Shown: piece after piece, positions 58,328-64,000 of the stretch
Position numbering within the stretch: position 1 is the first letter of the stretch
Layout of the letters: each line of letters starts with the position of its first letter
NCBI GenBank assembly: GCA_041663665.1
Contig: JBAYMG010000001.1
Coordinates: 65,482 to 129,481 of the forward strand
From: Candidatus Omnitrophota bacterium
GTDB taxonomy: Bacteria > Omnitrophota > Gorgyraeia > Gygaellales > Profunditerraquicolaceae
Reading direction: 5' to 3'
Length of the DNA: 64,000 nucleotides
Program-made: the position numbers and the translations under genes
Notes under the pieces: generated by a model
Database searches by the model: none
Seen by the model: the letters and a program-made list of their open reading frames with translations, nothing else
What the model was told of the DNA's origin: nothing

Positions 58328-61300
58328 TGGAAGAGATAGTCTCATTTGATAGTATTTCAATTAAGATTGCCAGTCCCCAGGTAATTAAGTCTTGGTCTAA
58401 GGGTGATGTTAAAAAAGCAGAAACAATTAATTACCGTACATTAAAACCGGAAAAAGACGGACTTTTCTGTGAGAAGATTTTTGGCCCGGTACGTGATTGG
58501 GAATGTAATTGTGGAAAATATAAAGGAATAAAATTCAAAGGGATTACCTGTGATCGCTGCGGAGTAACCGTTGATCGCTCAAGCGTCAGGCGTGAGCGCA
58601 TGGGCCATATCGAATTAGCTACTGCGGTTACCCATATTTGGTTTTTTAAGGCAGTGCCCAGCAGAATGAGCGCGCTTTTAGATATCGGCTTAAGGGATTT
58701 AGAAAGAATTATTTATTACGAAGAGTATGTTGTTGTTGATCCCGGAAGTACTCCGTTAAAGAAAAAAGAATTGCTTACTGATGAACAATATCAGGAAGCT
58801 TTAAGTAAATATGGTTCTGCTTTTAAGGCTAAGATTGGTGCTGAGGCAATCAGCGAGCTGCTAAAAGAATTGGATCTGGATGTTGTTTGCCGAAAATTAA
58901 GAAAAGATTTAGAGAAATCCAAAGATGTCCTAAATAATCGTAAAGCAATTAAGAATTTAAAGATTGTTGAAGATTTTAAAAAGAGCGGCAATAAACCTGA
59001 GTGGATGATTTTAGAGTTGGTCCCGGTAATTCCTCCGGATTTACGCCCCTTAGTCCCGCTAGAAGGCGGAAGATTTGCCACCAGCGACCTGAATGATCTG
59101 TACCGCAGGGTAATTAATCGTAATAATCGTCTTAAAAAATTAATGGAGCTAAGCGCTCCGGAAATTATTATTCGTAATGAAAAACGCATGCTTCAGGAGG
59201 CAGTTGATGCGCTTCTAGATAATGGCCGTCATGGTAAAGCCGTTAATGGTGCAAATAATCGCCCGCTGAAATCACTCTCTGATATGCTTAAAGGTAAGCA
59301 GGGTAGATTTAGGCAGAACCTTCTTGGTAAGCGTGTTGATTATTCCGGCCGTTCAGTCATCGTTGTCGGCCCGGAATTAAAATTACATGAATGCGGATTG
59401 CCTAAGCAAATGGCCTTAGAATTATTTGAGCCGTTTATTATTAAAAAATTAAGAGAAAAAGGTTTTGTGCATACAATTAAAGGCGCTCGCCGTATGGTTG
59501 AGCGTGGTAAGATCGAAGTCTGGGATATTTTGGACGAAGTAATTAAAGATCATCCCATTATGTTAAACCGTGCTCCAACTTTGCACCGTTTAGGTATTCA
59601 GGCTTTCCAACCATTGTTAATTGAAGGAAAATCAATAAAAATTCACCCTTTAGTTTGTACTGCTTTTAATGCAGATTTTGACGGAGACCAGATGGCAGTG
59701 CATGTGCCCTTGTCTTTAGAGTCACAGTTAGAGACTAAGGTGTTGATTATGGCTATAAATAATATTTTCTCTCCCGCTGATGGCCGGCCGGTTATTACTC
59801 CAACTCAAGATATAATTTTAGGTTTAGCCTATCTAAGCAGAGAAAAAGCCGGTGTTTTAGGCGAGAATAAAATATTTTCAAGCAGCGATGAAGTGTTAAT
59901 AGCTTATGATGATAAGGCGGTTGATTTACATGCCAAGATCAAAATCCGTATTGAAAATTTATATAATTTTGATCAAAAGGCAAGTATAAATGAGAAAAAA
60001 ATTATTACCACTACCGTTGGCAGAGTGTTGTTTAATCAGGTTTTACCTGCGGAGTTTGGTTTTGTTAATTGCGATTTAAATAAAGGCAGAGTTAGCGATA
60101 TTGTTGTCAGCTGCTATAAAAGATTCGGACATACTACGACTATTAAATTGCTTGATGCAGTTAAGCGTTTAGGTTTTGAGATGGGTACTTTAGGCGGCAT
60201 TTCTATCGGTATAGATGATATGACTGTTCCGTTAGATAAACCGTTGGTTTTAAAAGAATCCAAAGAAGAAGTAGCTAAAGTTGAAGATCAATACCGTAAA
60301 GGTATTATTACGGAGAGCGAACGTAAATCTAAAGTAATTGATATTTGGACTCATGCTACAGATAAAATTTCCGATTTATTATTCAAGGGCATGGATTCCT
60401 TTAATCCTATTTTTATGATGGCAGATTCAGGCGCCCGTGGTTCACGCCTGCAGGTTAGGCAGTTGGCCGGTATGCGTGGACTGATGGCTAAGCCTAGCGG
60501 TGAAATTATCGAGAATCCTATTACTGCAAATTTCCGTGAAGGCTTAAATGTATTAGAGTATTTTATTTCCACTCACGGTGCACGTAAGGGGTTAGCAGAT
60601 ACCGCACTTAAAACCGCTGATGCAGGTTACCTGACTCGTAGGCTTGTTGATGTTGCCCAGGAAGTAATTGTTTGTGAAGATGATTGCGGAACTCTTAACG
60701 GTATTACCGTTGCCGCAATTACTGAAGGTGATGAAGAGGTTGTCGGCCTTAAAGACCGCATCATCGGAAGAGTAGCCTTAAACAATGTTGTCGATATTAT
60801 TACCGATGAGATTATTGTCGGCCAGGGCAGTGAAATCACTGAAGAAAAAGCCGATCAGATTGAAAAATTAGGAATTGAAAAGATTCGTATTCGCAGCGTT
60901 TTAACTTGTGAGTCCGGCCGTGGAGTTTGTGCTAAATGTTATGGCCGCAATCTTTCAACCGGCAGGATAGTTGAATTAGGGGAAGCAGTGGGAGTTGTGG
61001 CAGCGCAGAGTATCGGAGAACCCGGTACACAGCTGACCATGAGAACTTTTCATATCGGTGGTACAGCTTCCAGAACTATCGAACAATCATTTATTAAAGC
61101 CAAGAACGAAGGTTTAATAAAATACCATAGCTTAAGAGTTACCCTGAAGAATAATGAAAATGTAGTTTTGAATAGAAATGGTGCACTTAGCATTAATGAT
61201 GCGCAGGGGCGTGAACTTGAGCGTTATCCTATACCGCAAGGCGCATTTATTTCTGTTGCTGACGGCGGGGCAATTAAGAAAGGTATATCGTTTGTGCATT

Positions 61301-62352
61301 GGGATCCTTATACCTTGCCGGTGCTTACGGAAGTCGGTGGTTTGGTGCGTTTTGAAGATTTACGTGAAAATATTACTATGCGTGAGGAAGTTAACCCAGT
61401 TACAAAATTAAGCGAACGCGTAGTTGTTGAGCATAAACCTGAGTATCACCCGCAGGTTGTTATTTTAGATAATAAAAAAGAAGTTTTAGGCATATACCCT
61501 ATTCCTATCGGTGCCCACATTATTGTTAGAGATGGTGAGACCGTAGGCGGAGGAGACCTGTTGGCTAAGATTCCGCGAACAGTTGTCAAGACTCGTGACA
61601 TTACCGGAGGTCTTCCGCGTGTAGCTGAACTTTTTGAAGCCAGGCGCCCTAAGGATCCTGCGGTGATCAGCGAAATTGACGGGTTTGTAGAATTCGGGGA
61701 AACCAAAAAAAATCAACGTGTGATCATTGTTAAATCTGCGACAGGTATGTTTAGGGAATATATTATTCCGCATGGTAAACATCCTAATGTTTATAAAGGC
61801 GATAAAGTTGACGCCGGACAGCAGTTGACTGATGGACCGGTAGTTTTACAGGATATTTTGAGCGTTTGCGGTGATAAAGTTTTACAGGAATATTTAGTTA
61901 ATGAGGTTCAGGAGGTTTATCGTCTTCAAGGTGTGCGTATTAATGATAAACACATTGAAGTAATTATCCGCCAGATGCTTAAAAAAGTCAGAGTTGAAGA
62001 TCCTGGTGATACTGAATTTTTGGCTACTCAGCAGGTAGATAAATGGATATTCCAAAAAGAGAATACCCGTGTAATTAAAAAAGGCGAGAAGCCGGCTCAG
62101 GCAACCCCGCTTTTATTGGGTATAACCAAAGCTTCACTTACGACTGAAAGTTTTATTTCTGCCGCTAGTTTTCAGGAGACTACCCGCGTTTTAACCGAAG
62201 CAGCTACGCGTGGCAAGCGGGATGAATTATTTGGTTTGAAAGAAAATGTTATTGTTGGGCACTTGATTCCGGCAGGTACTGGATTTAAGGCTCATCGCGA
62301 TATTGATGTAATAAAAACAGTTGTTCAAGAAGTCCAAGAGAAAAAGGAATAA
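58327..62352 (+). CDS. rpoC: DNA-directed RNA polymerase beta' subunit
   Basis: 1341 aa. Zn finger CNCGKYKG...[17 protein letters not shown] catalytic motif. TAATG overlap with rpoB. Confidence 0.95.
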   Translation: MEEIVSFDSISIKIASPQVIKSWSKGDVKKAETINYRTLKPEKDGLFCEKIFGPVRDWECNCGKYKGIKFKGITCDRCGVTVDRSSVRRERMGHIELATAVTHIWFFKAVPSRMSALLDIGLRDLERIIYYEEYVVVDPGSTPLKKKELLTDEQYQEALSKYGSAFKAKIGAEAISELLKELDLDVVCRKLRKDLEKSKDVLNNRKAIKNLKIVEDFKKSGNKPEWMILELVPVIPPDLRPLVPLEGGRFATSDLNDLYRRVINRNNRLKKLMELSAPEIIIRNEKRMLQEAVDALLDNGRHGKAVNGANNRPLKSLSDMLKGKQGRFRQNLLGKRVDYSGRSVIVVGPELKLHECGLPKQMALELFEPFIIKKLREKGFVHTIKGARRMVERGKIEVWDILDEVIKDHPIMLNRAPTLHRLGIQAFQPLLIEGKSIKIHPLVCTAFNADFDGDQMAVHVPLSLESQLETKVLIMAINNIFSPADGRPVITPTQDIILGLAYLSREKAGVLGENKIFSSSDEVLIAYDDKAVDLHAKIKIRIENLYNFDQKASINEKKIITTTVGRVLFNQVLPAEFGFVNCDLNKGRVSDIVVSCYKRFGHTTTIKLLDAVKRLGFEMGTLGGISIGIDDMTVPLDKPLVLKESKEEVAKVEDQYRKGIITESERKSKVIDIWTHATDKISDLLFKGMDSFNPIFMMADSGARGSRLQVRQLAGMRGLMAKPSGEIIENPITANFREGLNVLEYFISTHGARKGLADTALKTADAGYLTRRLVDVAQEVIVCEDDCGTLNGITVAAITEGDEEVVGLKDRIIGRVALNNVVDIITDEIIVGQGSEITEEKADQIEKLGIEKIRIRSVLTCESGRGVCAKCYGRNLSTGRIVELGEAVGVVAAQSIGEPGTQLTMRTFHIGGTASRTIEQSFIKAKNEGLIKYHSLRVTLKNNENVVLNRNGALSINDAQGRELERYPIPQGAFISVADGGAIKKGISFVHWDPYTLPVLTEVGGLVRFEDLRENITMREEVNPVTKLSERVVVEHKPEYHPQVVILDNKKEVLGIYPIPIGAHIIVRDGETVGGGDLLAKIPRTVVKTRDITGGLPRVAELFEARRPKDPAVISEIDGFVEFGETKKNQRVIIVKSATGMFREYIIPHGKHPNVYKGDKVDAGQQLTDGPVVLQDILSVCGDKVLQEYLVNEVQEVYRLQGVRINDKHIEVIIRQMLKKVRVEDPGDTEFLATQQVDKWIFQKENTRVIKKGEKPAQATPLLLGITKASLTTESFISAASFQETTRVLTEAATRGKRDELFGLKENVIVGHLIPAGTGFKAHRDIDVIKTVVQEVQEKKE

Positions 62353-62355
62353 TCT

Positions 62356-62736
62356 ATGCCCACAATTGCTCAGTTAATTAGGTTTGGTAGGGTTTCTAAG
62401 AAAAAGAAAAGTAAATCACCGGCTTTAAAAGCCTGTCCTCAGAGAAGAGGGGTATGTATTCAGGTGCGTACAATGACGCCTAAGAAGCCTAACTCAGCTT
62501 TGAGAAAAATTGCCAGGGTTAGACTTACAACGGGGTTAGAGGTTACTGCCTATATTCCCGGAGAGGGACACAATCTTCAGGAGCACTCCATTGTTATGGT
62601 CCGCGGCGGCAGAGTTAAAGACTTACCGGGTGTCCGTTATCATATTGTCAGAGGTACATTGGATGCCTCAGGCGTTAATGCTCGAAGAAGAAGCCGTTCT
62701 AAGTATGGTGCAAAGAGGCCAAAGCCAGCAAAATAA
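62356..62736 (+). CDS. rpsL: 30S ribosomal protein S12
   Basis: MPTIAQLIR...[10 protein letters not shown] motifs. Confidence 0.95.
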   Translation: MPTIAQLIRFGRVSKKKKSKSPALKACPQRRGVCIQVRTMTPKKPNSALRKIARVRLTTGLEVTAYIPGEGHNLQEHSIVMVRGGRVKDLPGVRYHIVRGTLDASGVNARRRSRSKYGAKRPKPAK

Positions 62737-62805
62737 TTTAAGAAAACTATACTCCGCACTGATAAGGAATTGTGCGGGTATAACTAGCTAGGTAAAAGGA
62801 AAAAA

Positions 62806-63276
62806 ATGAGAAGAAGAAAAGCGCAGGAAAAAGTTATTTTAGCAGATCCCAAATATAATAGTAAAATAATCGCCAAGTTTATGAATATGGTTATGCTTGA
62901 CGGTAAAAAGGCTGTGGCTGAAAATATAGTTTACAGGGCTTTTGATATTGTGCTTAAGAATTTAAATGAGCAGGATATTTTGAAAGTTTTCTATAAAGCA
63001 TTGGATAATGCCCGTCCACGTTTAGAGGTTAAACCGCGCAGAGTCGGTGGTGCAACTTATCAGGTGCCGATTGAAGTTAGGCAGGAACGCGGTACATCCA
63101 TTGCTTTACGTTGGATTAGAGATTTTGCAAAAAATAGAAAAGGCAAAGCCATGGAACAGAAGCTTGCCGATGAAATTATTTCAGCTTACAAAGGCGAAGG
63201 TTCAGCAATTAAAAAAAGAGATGATACGCATAAAATGGCCGAATCAAACAAGGCTTATGCGCATTTTAGATGGTAA
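62806..63276 (+). CDS. rpsG: 30S ribosomal protein S7
   Basis: 156 aa, S7 family (MRRRKA...LADPKYNS). Confidence 0.95.
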   Translation: MRRRKAQEKVILADPKYNSKIIAKFMNMVMLDGKKAVAENIVYRAFDIVLKNLNEQDILKVFYKALDNARPRLEVKPRRVGGATYQVPIEVRQERGTSIALRWIRDFAKNRKGKAMEQKLADEIISAYKGEGSAIKKRDDTHKMAESNKAYAHFRW

Positions 63277-63361
63277 CTGTATCCTCGCTAAAATCGGCGG
63301 GGATTAATTCGCACAGTAACTTACTCATACGTTGTGTTCGTAAGTTACGTGCTCATTAACT

Positions 63362-64000
63362 ATGAGAAAAATACCTTTAAGTCAAATTAGGAATATTGGA
63401 ATTATTGCTCACATCGACGCTGGGAAAACTACAACTAGCGAACGTGTTTTGTTCTATACCGGTAAGAACTACAAAATCGGAGAAGTTCACGACGGGGCAG
63501 CAACAATGGATTGGATGGTCCAGGAACAGGAAAGAGGCATTACTATTACTGCCGCTGCGACTACCTGTAAATGGAAAGATATAACTATCAATTTAATCGA
63601 TACTCCCGGCCACGTGGATTTTACTATTGAAGTTGAAAGATCTTTAAAAGTTTTAGACGGAGCAGTAGTGGTTTTTTGCGGAGTAGGCGGAGTAGAGCCT
63701 CAATCTGAAACTGTCTGGCGTCAAGCAGACAGATATGGTGTTCCGCGCATTGCTTTTGTTAATAAAATGGACCGTACTGGTTCAGATTTTTTTGCCGTCA
63801 TTGATCAAATGCGGGAAAGGTTGGCGGCTAATGTAGCAGCAATCCAGCTGCCGGTTGGCCGCGAGGGTGATTTTAACGGTTTAATTGATTTGGTTGAAAA
63901 GAGATTTATTCATTATAAAGACGAGCTAGGAAAAGATCTTGAAGTTAAAGATGTTCCTGAAGATATGCTGGCCGAATTTGAAAAATATCGCCTGATCTTA
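63362..64000 (+). CDS. fusA: Elongation factor G (5' partial; continues beyond the window)
   Basis: [23 protein letters not shown]1 motif, [13 protein letters not shown]. Open to the end of the window. Confidence 0.9.
   Translation, partial: MRKIPLSQIRNIGIIAHIDAGKTTTSERVLFYTGKNYKIGEVHDGAATMDWMVQEQERGITITAAATTCKWKDITINLIDTPGHVDFTIEVERSLKVLDGAVVVFCGVGGVEPQSETVWRQADRYGVPRIAFVNKMDRTGSDFFAVIDQMRERLAANVAAIQLPVGREGDFNGLIDLVEKRFIHYKDELGKDLEVKDVPEDMLAEFEKYRLIL

Noticed and set aside
62591-62791. 66-aa ORF overlapping the rpsL 3' end
   Set aside because: An alternative frame of the highly conserved S12 gene, with no independent support.

Overview
This 64-kb window is a densely coding, low-GC (~38-40%) stretch from a Gram-negative-type bacterium, probably an uncultivated lineage. 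Every gene sits on the + strand except one GGDEF gene. The evidence for a Gram-negative origin is the GT9 heptosyltransferases, GmhB and the E. coli-like synteny of recA-recX-alaS, surA-pdxA-ksgA and secE-nusG-rplKAJL-rpoBC-rpsLG-fusA. From start to end the window holds the following.

- **Glycan/LPS cluster (1-12956).** The cluster holds a 3-dehydrase E1 (RfbH), an SDR dehydratase/epimerase, and a C-terminal fragment of a TPP enzyme. It also has three GT2 genes, two GT9 heptosyltransferases, ManC, a DegT aminotransferase, GmhB, a polysaccharide deacetylase, an O-antigen-ligase-like membrane protein and a GT28.
- **priA-fmt.** A priA gene whose Walker A and B motifs are degenerate, followed by fmt.
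- **GalT pair and central metabolism.** A tandem pair of GalT-like HIT genes in which only one copy keeps the HPH catalytic motif. These are followed by gap-pgk-tpiA-secG, a transporter, a MarC-family protein, glgC and a GNAT acetyltransferase.
- **Bcd/Etf block.** An acyl-CoA dehydrogenase with etfB and an etfA fused to a ferredoxin domain.
- **pilin-HTH-SMC.** A pilin-like gene and a small excisionase-family HTH gene. The HTH gene sits behind a perfect consensus promoter and directly upstream of an SMC-family ATPase that appears to lack the canonical hinge domain.
- **recA to trpE.** A divergent GAF-GGDEF gene, then a gap-free recA-recX-alaS-hisDBHA-(lipoprotein)-hisFI-trpE block.
- **rpsP to ksgA.** rpsP-yajC-secDF, then a compact 636-aa Mfd homolog, then surA-like-pdxA-ksgA.
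- **rpoBC operon region.** tRNA-Thr, rpmG, tRNA-Trp, then secE-nusG-rplKAJL-rpoBC-rpsLG and a partial fusA.

A 20-nt motif (AAATAGGAGCGTCCCCGATT) occurs four times. Two of the copies form a perfect inverted pair that makes a terminator hairpin between secDF and mfd. I found no CRISPR array, integrase or transposase.
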